Shown: piece after piece, positions 22,001-33,625 of the stretch
How positions within the stretch are numbered: position 1 is the first letter of the stretch
Layout: every line of letters starts with the position of its first letter
Source of the DNA: Eledone cirrhosa
Taxonomy: Eukaryota
Reading direction: 5' to 3'
DNA: 64,000 nucleotides
NCBI GenBank assembly: GCA_964016885.1
Contig: OZ024744.1
Coordinates: forward strand, 124,930,001-124,994,000
The notes under the pieces: generated by a model
What the model was told of the DNA's origin: nothing
Seen by the model: the letters and a program-made list of their open reading frames with translations, nothing else
Databases searched by the model: none
Program-made: the position numbers and the translations under genes

Positions 22001-25000
22001 ATCTGAAAGTCTAAAATGGAATTCACTCGGTTAGCTAACTTTTGATATATCGGAGATATCTTTCTGAAAATCACACCACACACTCCCAATGAGTGTCTGC
22101 ACATGTACCAGTAATTACAGATGGATCCCACCACGGGCGGCCGGCCCACGATCGAAAAGGTTACTCCGAAGCACACCATTCGCCGGCGGAATTCATTTAG
22201 CATGGGCAGTTTTTCTTGAAAATCACACCACACACAGCCAATGAGTGTCCGCACATGTACCAGTAATTACAGATGGATCCCACCACGGGCGGCTGGCCCA
22301 CGATCGAAAAGGTTACTCCGCCTGCAAACGGTCATTTTCGAATTAGTTTTCTTCGAAGCACACCATTCGCCGGCGGACTTCAGCTTCCTCATGTAGCATG
22401 GGCAGTTTTTCTCGAAAATCACACCACACACAGCAAATGTGTGTCCGCACATGTACCAGTAATTACAGATCGATTCCGGTGAAAATTCACTGAAAACGGG
22501 CCATTCTGCCCTGTGCGTCGATCGTGGGCCGGCCGGATGTTGACGGATCGATGTGTAATTAGAAGTACATGTGCGGACACTCATTGGCTGTGCGTGGTAT
22601 GCATTTCAGCAAGATATCTCCGTAACATCAAGAGTTATGGCTGTGGAGGCACACCTAGTCAAACGTAAACAAGCTCTGGAGCGTATACGCTTCGCGATTT
22701 TGTTTACGTTTGACTAGGTGTGCCTCCACAGCCACAACTCTTGATGTTACGGAGATATCTTGCTGAAATGCATACCACGCACAGCCAATGAGTGTCCGCA
22801 CATGTACTTCTAATTACACATCGATCCGTCAACATCCGGCCCGCCCACGATCGACGCACAGGGCCGGATGGCCCGTTTGCAGTGAATTTTCACCGGAATC
22901 GATCTGTAATTACTGGTACATGTGCGGACACACATTTGCTGTGTGTGGTGTGATTTTCACGAAAAACTGCCCATGCTAAATGAGGAAGCTGAAGTCCGCC
23001 GGCGAATGGTGTGCTTCGAAGAAAACTAATTCGAAAATGACCGTTTGCAGGCGGAGTAACCTTTTCGATCGTGGGCCAGCCGCCCGTGGTGGGATACATC
23101 TGTAATTACTGGTACATGTGCGGACACACATTTGCTGTGTGTGGTGTGATTTTCGAGAAAGACTGCCCATGCTAAATGAGGAAGCTGAAGTCCGCCGGCG
23201 AATGGTGTGCTTCGAAGAAAACTAATTCGAAAATGACTATTTGCCGGCGGAATCACCTTTTCGGTCCTGGTCCGGCCGGATCTTGCCGGATCGATCGGAA
23301 ATTTGTGGACCATGTTCGGAAGGCCATTGTGCATGTGTGGTGAAAAAAATTTGTGTCGAAATCTTCTCGGAAAATAACGGATCGCCGGCGGAGATTGCCA
23401 TTTCGATCGTGGGCCGGCCGGATCTTGTCGGATCGATTCGGACATATGTGCATCGTGTTCGCAAGGCCCTTGTCTATGTGTGGTGTGATTTTCATAAAGA
23501 AATTCCGAAAAACCCAGTTTTAAATCTGATTTCGCCAAAGAATTTTGGCTATCAGATCGGGTTGAAAGGTATGGTTTCAGGTCGATCTGAAAGTCTAAAA
23601 TGGAATTCACTCGGTTAGCTAACTTTTGATATATCGGAGATATCTTTCTGAAAATCACACCACACACTCCCAATGAGTGTCTGCACATGTACCAGTAATT
23701 ACAGATGGATCCCACCACGGGCGGCCGGCCCACGATCGAAAAGGTTACTCCGAAGCACACCATTCGCCGGCGGAATTCATTTAGCATGGGCAGTTTTTCT
23801 TGAAAATCACACCACACACAGCCAATGAGTGTCCGCACATGTACCAGTAATTACAGATGGATCCCACCACGGGCGGCTGGCCCACGATCGAAAAGGTTAC
23901 TCCGCCTGCAAACGGTCATTTTCGAATTAGTTTTCTTCGAAGCACACCATTCGCCGGCGGACTTCAGCTTCCTCATTTAGCATGGGCAGTTTTTCTCGAA
24001 AATCACACCACACACAGCAAATGTGTGTCCGCACATGTACCAGTAATTACAGATCGATTCCGGTGAAAATTCACTGAAAACGGGCCATTCTGCCCTGTGC
24101 GTCGATCGTGGGCCGGCCGGATGTTGACGGATCGATGTGTAATTAGAAGTACATGTGCGGACACTCATTGGCTGTGCGTGGTATGCATTTCAGCAAGATA
24201 TCTCCGTAACATCAAGAGTTATGGCTGTGGAGGCACACCTAGTCAAACGTAAACAAGCTCTGGAGCGTATACGCTTCGCGATTTTGTTTACGTTTGACTA
24301 GGTGTGCCTCCACAGCCACAACTCTTGATGTTACGGAGATATCTTGCTGAAATGCATACCACGCACAGCCAATGAGTGTCCGCACATGTACTTCTAATTA
24401 CACATCGATCCGTCAACATCCGGCCGGCCCACGATCGACGCACAGGGCCGGATGGCCCGTTTTCAGTGAATTTTCACCGGAATCGATCTGTAATTACTGG
24501 TACATGTGCGGACACACATTTGCTGTGTGTGGTGTGATTTTCACGAAAAACTGCCCATGCTAAATGAGGAAGCTGAAGTCCGCCGGCGAATGGTGTGCTT
24601 CGAAGAAAACTAATTCGAAAATGACCGTTTGCAGGCGGAGTAACCTTTTCGATCGTGGGCCAGCCGCCCGTGGTGGGATACATCTGTAATTACTGGTACA
24701 TGTGCGGACACACATTTGCTGTGTGTGGTGTGATTTTCGAGAAAGACTGCCCATGCTAAATGAGGAAGCTGAAGTCCGCCGGCGAATGGTGTGCTTCGAA
24801 GAAAACTAATTCGAAAATGACTATTTGCCGGCGGAATCACCTTTTCGGTCCTGGTCCGGCCGGATCTTGCCGGATCGATCGGAAATTTGTGGACCATGTT
24901 CGGAAGGCCATTGTGCATGTGTGGTGAAAAAAATTTGTGTCGAAATCTTCTCGGAAAATAACGGATCGCCGGCGGAGATTGCCATTTCGATCGTGGGCCG

Positions 25001-25996
25001 GCCGGATCTTGTCGGATCGATTCGGACATATGTGCATCGTGTTCGCAAGGCCCTTGTCTATGTGTGGTGTGATTTTCATAAAGAAATTCCGAAAAACCCA
25101 GTTTTAAATCTGATTTCGCCAAAGAATTTTGGCTATCAGATCGGGTTGAAAGGTATGGTTTCAGGTCGATCTGAAAGTCTAAAATGGAATTCACTCGGTT
25201 AGCTAACTATTGATATATCGGAGATATCTTTCTGAAAATCACACCACACACTCCCAATGAGTGTCTGCACATGTACCAGTAATTACAGATGGATCCCACC
25301 ACGGGCGGCCGGCCCACGATCGAAAAGGTTACTCCGAAGCACACCATTCGCCGGCGGAATTCATTTAGCATGGGCAGTTTTTCTCGAAAATCACACCACA
25401 CACAGCCAATGAGTGTCCGCACATGTACCAGTAATTACAGATGGATCCCACCACGGGCGGCTGGCCCACGATCGAAAAGGTTACTCCGCCTGCAAACGGT
25501 CATTTTCGAATTAGTTTTCTTCGAAGCACACCATTCGCCGGCGGACTTCAGCTTCCTCATTTAGCATGGGCAGTTTTTCTTGAAAATCACACCACACACA
25601 GCAAATGTGTGTCCGCACATGTACCAGTAATTACAGATCGATTCCGGTGAAAATTCACTGAAAACGGGCCATTCGGCCCTGTGCGTCGATCGTGGGCCGG
25701 CCGGATGTTGACGGATCGATGTGTAATTAGAAGTACATGTGCGGACACTCATTGGCTGTGCGTGGTATGCATTTCACTAAGATATCTCCGTAACATCAAG
25801 AGTTATGGCTGTGGAGGCACACCTAGTCAAACGTAAACAAGGTCTGGAGCGTTTATGCTTCGCGATTTTGTTTACGTTTGACTAGGTGTGCCTCCACAGC
25901 GACAACTCTTGATGTTACGGAGATATCTTGCTGAAATTCATACCACGCACAGCCAATGAGTGTCCGCACATGTACCTGTAATTACACATCGATCCG
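19001..25996. repeat. Palindromic satellite array: 1584-bp period, inverted arms up to ~480 bp, 196/152-bp subunits
   Basis: Symmetry centres ctagtcaaacgtaaacaa-N27-ttgtttacgtttgactag near 19322, 21102, 22686, 24270 and 25854; the same ORFs appear on both strands. Confidence 0.95.
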
Positions 25997-26079
25997 ACGA
26001 CGGACAGAGTATTCGGTTTATTTTCTTGACATATTTCTTTACATATTGTCCAGGCATGCACTTTTTCCATGATTAGTTC

Positions 26080-26138
26080 TGTTGACGGCCCGCTTTCCAA
26101 AATACCTTATCCTGTGCAACGCCGGGTACCACTGCTAG
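26080..26138 (+). mobile_element. Helitron-type 3' terminus
   Basis: GC-rich hairpin cctgtgcaacgccggg followed ~8 nt later by CTAG|T. Confidence 0.7.
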
Positions 26139-26529
26139 TATATATATGTGTATGTATATATATATATATATATTGGTAAACGGAATAGAAAATTGTGACA
26201 AATTGTTCACAGTGAAAAATAGTTTAATTAGGAATAAGTGATAATTAGTAATAGTATTGGTTAGTATTAAGTTTTGGTTTTAAGTTTTACCGGTTGCGCA
26301 TTTCTAATGCTTTTCAAAAATAATTTTGAGATAGAGCGTCCGTGATGTTTGCTCTGATCTGTATATATATATATATATATATAGACAAACAGTAGAAAGG
26401 AAAAAGATTTTTTCAGTAGAAATTGCTGAAGAGATTCTTTCAGTGTAATTTCAAAACATTAATTTATTTATAAAGTGGATATTTCCACATTTAATAATGG
26501 CACTGGGTTCAGCATTATATACATTGTCA

Positions 26530-26870
26530 ATTGTGGATTCTACTTTTGGCACAAGGGCTGCAATTATCCAGTACATTACTGGTACTTTATTATTTATACA
26601 AATAATAATTGTTTCTACTTTTGGCACAAGGGCAGCAATTACCCAGTACATTACTGGTACTTTATTATTTATACAAATAATAATTGTTTCTACTTTAGGC
26701 ACAAGGTCAGCAATTACCCAGTACATTACTGGTACTTTATTATTTATACAAATAATAATTGTTTCTACTTTAGGCACAAGGTCAGCAATTACCCCAGTAC
26801 TTTATTTTATCGACCCCGTAAGGATGAAAGAAAAGTTAACCTCAACGGGATTTGAACTCAGTCTGTAAAG
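26530..26870. repeat. 78-bp tandem repeat (3-4 units) derived from a SINE end, plus a minus-strand SINE core
   Basis: tttctacttt.ggcacaagg..agcaattacccagtacattactggtacttta recurs; ttatcgaccccgtaaggatgaaag follows. Confidence 0.8.
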
Positions 26871-27249
26871 GGAGGTAACTGCTGGATTAATTTGGTTAAT
26901 TAAGTTAACAGAAATTATGAACCGGTTTCTACAGAGCCTTCTGGACATTTAACCCTTTAGCATTTAAACCAGCCATACCTAGCCAGAATACTCTCACATC
27001 TTTCTGTTCAAACCAGCCATAACTGGCCACTCATACTGACGTTAAGGTATTGTTCTCAATATAAATAATATCAAAATCTCATAGATTCGATATTATATGA
27101 GATAATTATGTAAGATAAAGCCTTTACCACAAAAATACAATAGTATATATAGAGTAATAAAAATGCTAAAGGGTAAAAGTAGCTTATTATTTTGTGAGCT
27201 CTTGCTACTTATTGCTCTTGTGCATCAAGAACATACACAGCTTACATTT

Positions 27250-29150
27250 TGTTGCTAATCTCACTGAGATCCAACTACATCTCTTGTTTATCCATAGTTT
27301 GGAATTTCTACCTACTCCTTTCCTTTAGAATGATCAAGGCCATTTTCTTGTGGGGATCTAGGCCCTGTTTTCCTTTCTATTTTGCCAAGTTATCTTACAT
27401 CACTTTCATTCTAGACCATGCTTCCAGGTTTGGAATTTCTCCTCTAATTTTACCACAGATTAAGTGACAAGGGTTCAATCATGTGCATACAGGAGTTCCC
27501 ATGGACAGCCAGTAATATGTAATAGCCTGCAGGATGATAATAAACAGAAGAGGGTTAATTACAGAGCCCTGATAGAGGGTTAATAACAGAGCCCTGATAG
27601 ACTTGTTCACTCAACTCCTCACTATAGCCATCATTACTTTTAACCTTACTGACTGCTCCTCCATACATGGCTTTTACTGCTCTCACAAGCCACTCATATA
27701 CCCCTAGTTTTCTAAGTTATACACCAGATTAGGGAAGGGGGAAGTCTCACAGAAGCTCTCTCTGGGTCAACAAATGCCAAGTAGAGGGGCTTATTTTAGC
27801 TAGGTACTACTCTTGCAGTTGCCACACAAGGAAGAGGACATCAGTGGTACTTTTACCTGGCACAAATCCAAACTTCATCTCATCTAGGTTAACTTGGTCC
27901 CTAATCAGCTGTGTTATAAATCTAACACCTTCATGAAGTGGTCCATCTAATATCTCTATAGTTTTCTAGCTCTAGTACATCTCCTTTGCCCTTGTAGCAG
28001 TTGATGATGATGATACTACACCATTTATTTGGTATGACACCATTTTGTATTACATGCTGTACGATACCAGTGGTTAAGATGTGACCCACCATCCCAGATA
28101 CTTTCAGTATCTCAGCAACTATCACCAATGGACAAGATACTTTCTCTGTCTTCATATCCTTAATTACCTTACTTCATATCCTTAATTACCTTACTGCTTA
28201 CTTGTATGGCTGGACCCTCTGTTGGGCCCACTTTCCGTAGACTATCTTCCTCCCATGCATTCTCCTCATTCAGTAATCTTTCATAAAGGCATTTCCATGT
28301 TACAAAGGTTGGCTGAAAAGTTCATAGACTATCAATGATAGCATGATGCTAGAGCTGTGAAATCTTGCCTGCATTAATTTCAACTCTTCTTATTAATAAC
28401 TGCATTGTTTCCTTCCAGGGACTATGTTGAAAAATAAACCTCATTTGGTCATTCCATGAGTGTATCTTGGTCTGCCTATGAACTTTTCAGCTGACCCTAT
28501 TCAGCATCAGTGAGCCCAAATGCCCCATTATCATCCTGGACACACTTTACCCCAACATCACAATTTGCCCTCACACACTGCCTCACAATCCTGAACATCT
28601 CATGTATTTCATCCTCACATCATAAAACCAACTGAAATTATATATTCTCTGCTTCCCTCCTTGCAAAGAATACTTCTTGCCTAGCTTCCTGTAGTGTACC
28701 CTCCAGCTGCCTCCATTCTGCCATTATTCCATGCCTGTCTCTTGGCCTTAACTGTCTCATCTACCCTAGTGTTTCACCACCAAGATACTCTCCTCTCTGA
28801 AGCCCTGCTCCAGCCACAGATCTAGTTTGACACCTTCAGCAAAGGTTCTTTAAGGAACTCCCACTGTTCCCCTATATTGTATGTTTCTATTTGTTCTTCC
28901 TTACTGTTGTAAAGATCAAACAAAATATCTCTAAATTTGGAACTGGCTGAGGGGTCCTTTAACTTCCATATCCTTCTCCTCCAAGTTGCCCTCAGTCTTC
29001 AAGTTCATCTAAGTCTATGAAATCACTAACTACTGGGTTATGTTGGGAGGTGCATTCTTCCCCAGGGGGTGGGGATTGTGTGTTTACAAATGTCAATATC
29101 TCATCTTCTGGTGAGGATAAAAATCTGACTGGCATGCTCCTCTGACCAAT
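27250..29150 (-). mobile_element. Degraded RTE-clade LINE (RT and upstream region)
   Basis: IPNKWCSIIIINCYKGKGDVLELENYRDI (RT domain 1) and a WW.TRVDETVKAKRQAW-like region; heavily disrupted. Confidence 0.75.
28301..28499. mobile_element. Mariner-like MITE nested in the RTE fragment
   Basis: Terminal inverted repeats ta..aggttggctgaaaagttcatagac and gcctatgaacttttcagctgaccct. Confidence 0.7.
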
Positions 29151-29214
29151 AGGTGTTGAAGTGGTTGTCGGGTAAACGTTAAGACCCTCTGATATACATA
29201 TATATATATATATA

Positions 29215-29500
29215 CTAGCAGTGGTACCCGGCGTTGCACGGGATAACGTATTTCGGAACGCGGGCCGCCATCTTCCACTTCAGCCGGTCGCCCTAAAGTG
29301 TTGGCTATTCAGTCTACTTGAGGCCAGTTGGTGAGGGGGGGTAAAGCTTTCAGTGTGCTACTACCCTCACGGTCAAATAGAAAGGGAGAGGAAGAAAAGT
29401 CAGCGTTAATATCGTGCTACACGTTTGAAAGGTTGGATGACCTTAGAGTTCACCAGGGTGGGGGGTTCTAAAAGTATCTATCTTGGTATTTTATCTTAGA
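29215..29500 (-). mobile_element. Non-autonomous Helitron-like fragment (3' end at 29215)
   Basis: Reverse complement reads cccgtgcaacgccgggtaccactgCTAG, homologous over ~55 bp to 26080-26138; the far boundary is uncertain. Confidence 0.65.
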
Positions 29501-29579
29501 AGTAATCATTACAGAGTGTACTGGGTGTATTTTAGTGGGCAGTAATTCCATAAAGAACACAGTATAATCTGTGGACACA

Positions 29580-30330
29580 AGCCTTGCAGTGTGATTACAG
29601 GCAGGTTAATGGGAAAGATAGATTATATATGTGACATGATGTACATGAGAAGTGAGGACACAGACCACACATGAAATAGATTCCTACAACTGTCAGGGAG
29701 GCTCCCTAGAATTACAGATGACATATTTCAATATCTCGGTGATCAAGTTAGCAGTGGAGGAAGAATCTCTAAAAGTGTAATACCCAGGATAAGGACAGGC
29801 TGGAAGAAGTTTAGAGTACTGTTCCATCTGTTGACAACAAAGGGCTTCTCTCTCAGAATGGAGGCTAGACTGCTTGATACTTATGTGTGGTCTGCAATCT
29901 ACACCCCAGCCATGCCCCTTCCACTACCACTCCTTAGCTATTTCTCTCCATTAATACTCCTCACATTTCAAGCAGTTTTCTCATCTCAATGAAAGAAAAA
30001 TATTGGGCTCAAGAGAAGTCTTCAGTTATGCCATGGTGTGGCAACCTCCCTAGGGTTGGGCAGAGTGTAAATGAGAGTGAAATTAGGTATGAGAGGGATC
30101 ATATGCAGTATACAAGAGAGTAGATTACATTGGTATGGTCATGTGATGGGTATAAAGGATGACAGCTGTATAAAAATGTGCTGGGCAATCAAAGTTGATG
30201 GAAGTTATGAAGGCGGAAGACCCAGGATGACCTGGGATGAGGTGATAAAAGATGACTTTGCACAATTGCAACTCTCAAAGACAATGACACAGGATAGAGA
30301 TCTTGAGATGTATGCAGCAATACAGAAGGC
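29580..30330 (+). mobile_element. RTE-clade LINE 3' fragment
   Basis: RIRTGWKKFR..., RLHWYGHVM and GGRPRMTWDEVIKDD are typical of the RTE C-terminus. Confidence 0.8.
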
Positions 30331-30429
30331 CTGCTTTCCAATGTGCACGGACTCAAACATACATCTAGTAGGCCCCTCCTAACCACTATACTCCTTTCCA
30401 AACTCCCACACTCCCACTTCTGTACACAC

Positions 30430-31005
30430 CACCTTTAGACTGTAAAGTGGTAGTGTACAAGTCACAACAAAAGCACCCAGTCCACTCTGTAAAGTTGATG
30501 TGTTGGTGTCATAACAAAAGGCACTCAGTCCACTCTGTAAAGAGGTTGTGTAAGTGTCACAACAAAGACATCTAGTCCACACTGTAAAGTGGTCATGTAG
30601 GTGTCACAACAAAAAGTACCAGTCATTATTGTAAAGTGGTTGTATAGGTGTCATAACAAAAAGCACCCAGTCGACACTGTAAAGTGGTTGTGTAGGTGTC
30701 AGAACCAAAAGCACCCAGTCCACCCTGTAAAGTGGTTGTGTAGGTGTCATGATAAAAAGCACCCAGTCCACACAGTAAAGTGGTCATGTAGGTGTCACTA
30801 AAAAAGCACCCAGTCTACTCTGTAAAGTGGTCATGTAGGTGTCATGACAAATAGCACCCAGTCCACCCTGTAAAGTGTTCATGTAGGTGTCATGACGGAG
30901 AGTAACCAGTCCACAATGTAAAGTAGCCATGTAGCTGTCACAACAAAGCACCCAGTCCACACTGTAAAGTGGTCATGTAGGTGTCATTTCAAAAAGCACC
31001 CAGGT
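30430..31005. repeat. 48-bp minisatellite, about 12 units
   Basis: aaaagcacccagtccacactgtaaagtggt..tgtaggtgtca recurs at 30631, 30679, 30727 and onward; the inverse motif is dispersed at 5620, 10093-10235 and 29508. Confidence 0.9.
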
Positions 31006-31079
31006 CCATGGCTTGGCCTGCTAACCGACGCTATACCCAAGTCGGTCGCCATGCTTTCCAGCATAGAGTTACGTCTCTT

Positions 31080-31232
31080 TATGGTCTGAGTTCAAATCAC
31101 GCCGAGGTTAACTTTGCCTTTCATCCTTACGGGGTCGATAAAATAAAGCACCAGTAATGTACTGGGGTCGATTTAATCGACTTTCCCCTCCTCTGCCAAA
31201 TGACACACACATGCATGGTTCGGGGGAACCTA
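31080..31232 (+). mobile_element. SINE with a MetaSINE-like core and (TA)n tail
   Basis: gagttcaaatc (B box) followed by ttaactttgcctttcatccttacggggtcgataaaataaagcaccag..tactggggtcgat. Confidence 0.75.
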
Positions 31233-31233
31233 C

Positions 31234-31299
<66 letters not shown>

Positions 31300-32178
31300 G
31301 TAGGTCACTGGTTGAGTCGGTATTAACCACAGTAACTAAGGTACTCAATACATATTAGATATAGGTGTCTTTCTAATTGCTGGCCTTGTTCATAAGGTAT
31401 ACACAAGTATGATGTGTGTCTGTTTAACTGTACGTGTGAAAACATCGCGAAATTGCGCCTTTTAATATTTGAATATAAACAGTTAAAAAATAATTATTTT
31501 AGTAATTTTTAAATATCGATAATGTGTATATAAATATTAGAAATCAATTTAATTAGTTCAGTAACATTACTCGGAGTTAAGATAAACCTTCATTTGAAGA
31601 AATTCGAGATTTGACCAAATAAATAGATTATGTGATCAATAAAAAAAATATGTATACGCGCTTGAACGACGGGTTGCAGACAGTCAGGCATACAGACACA
31701 TATTTTAAAGCGTGCGACGTTAAAAGTCTTACTCTCTCTCTTTTTAGATAGATAGACTTAATTAAAGCAGTTTCACTCTCTCTATATTTCATCAGCTCCC
31801 TCTCTCTTAAATTGAAAGATTCATTAAGGCTGAAATAATCTAAACAGTAACATCATTTTTCGCCAGCTCTAGCTTGCGTCCAGAGATATACACACACATA
31901 TATATATATTTTTTTTGTTATCGAGTTGAGCTTTGCCAAGCATAGAATTCCAAATTTGACCATCTCCACTGAAAATGTTCGTGAAATAGTCTTTAAGAAG
32001 CAATTTAATTTTTTCCAACTGAAACTGTAAGTATTTTAAAATTTATTTCAACATGGTCTTAAAAGATTGTTGGCTTTTTTTAAATTCATAACTATTTACT
32101 ATGAAATATAAATTATTAAATCCAATTTATTTGATAACCATGATTTGATTTTATAATTACCTGAATCACGTTAACATG

Positions 32179-32221
<43 letters not shown>

Positions 32222-32470
32222 GTGTGTGTATATATATATATATATAATAATTGTTTCTACGTTACGCAGTGTATTACTGGTACTGTATTTTACGATATTA
32301 AATATTAAATATTAACTATTAGATATTAAATATTAAATATTAGATATTAGATATTAAATATTAAATATGATATCCCTGAAATATATATAATGAAATAAAT
32401 ATGGTTTTATAAATGTAATTTCCATTTGTTTAATATCAAATATATATATATATATATGTATTTATGTATA

Positions 32471-32542
<72 letters not shown>

Positions 32543-32571
32543 GCAGACACAGACACAGAATATCGTATATA

Positions 32572-32612
<41 letters not shown>

Positions 32613-32842
32613 GAGGCAGACACAGACACAGAATATCGTATATATCACACACACACAATTAAGACTTGACGTGTTGCAGACAGCCAGACATACAGAGAGA
32701 TATTTTAAAGCGTGCGACCTTACATTTCTTACTCTTTCTCTTATCAAAAGAGAAAGAGTAATGCTAACACTTACGTCTACTTCACGCTCTCTTGAACCGT
32801 TACAGAAATTGCATCACATCTAATTATAACTTTGTACGTTTG

Positions 32843-33017
<175 letters not shown>

Positions 33018-33050
33018 GTGTGTGTGTGTATATATATACACACACACGTG

Positions 33051-33112
<62 letters not shown>

Positions 33113-33157
33113 AATACACACACACGTGTGTGTGTATATATATATACACACACACAC

Positions 33158-33240
<83 letters not shown>

Positions 33241-33330
33241 CACACACACGTGTGTGTGTATATATATATATACACACACACACGTGTGTGTGTATATATT
33301 TATATATATATATATACACACGTGTGTGTG

Positions 33331-33375
<45 letters not shown>

Positions 33376-33379
33376 GTGA

Positions 33380-33410
<31 letters not shown>

Positions 33411-33625
33411 CACGTGTGTGTGTGTATATATATATATATACATATATATATATACACACACACGTGTGTGTGTATATAATAATAATAATAATAATGAAAT
33501 GATTGTGTACAGTGCTCAGGTGCACTACAACTCATCAAAGGTGCATGTATAGTACATAGAATAATGTACAAACATCAGTAAAATGAACAGTGCACACATG
33601 TGTGCATGTGTATGGAAGGGGCACA

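Larger units (their letters stand above)
1..32205. repeat. Copy 1 of a ~32.2-kb tandem segmental duplication unit
   Basis: Sequence at position 1 recurs at ~32206, and all downstream elements recur in order (e.g. identical ORFs 1835/37462, 9263/46235, 17121/59666). The true unit start may lie before the window. Confidence 0.95.

Noticed and set aside
19029-25752. Repeated 63-270 aa ORFs on both strands
   Set aside because: They are by-products of the GC-rich palindromic satellite, have no recognisable domain, and their frames vary between units.
30601-30801. Cys/His-rich 16-aa repeat as a zinc-finger gene
   Set aside because: It is the translation of the 48-bp minisatellite, and the spacing does not fit C2H2.
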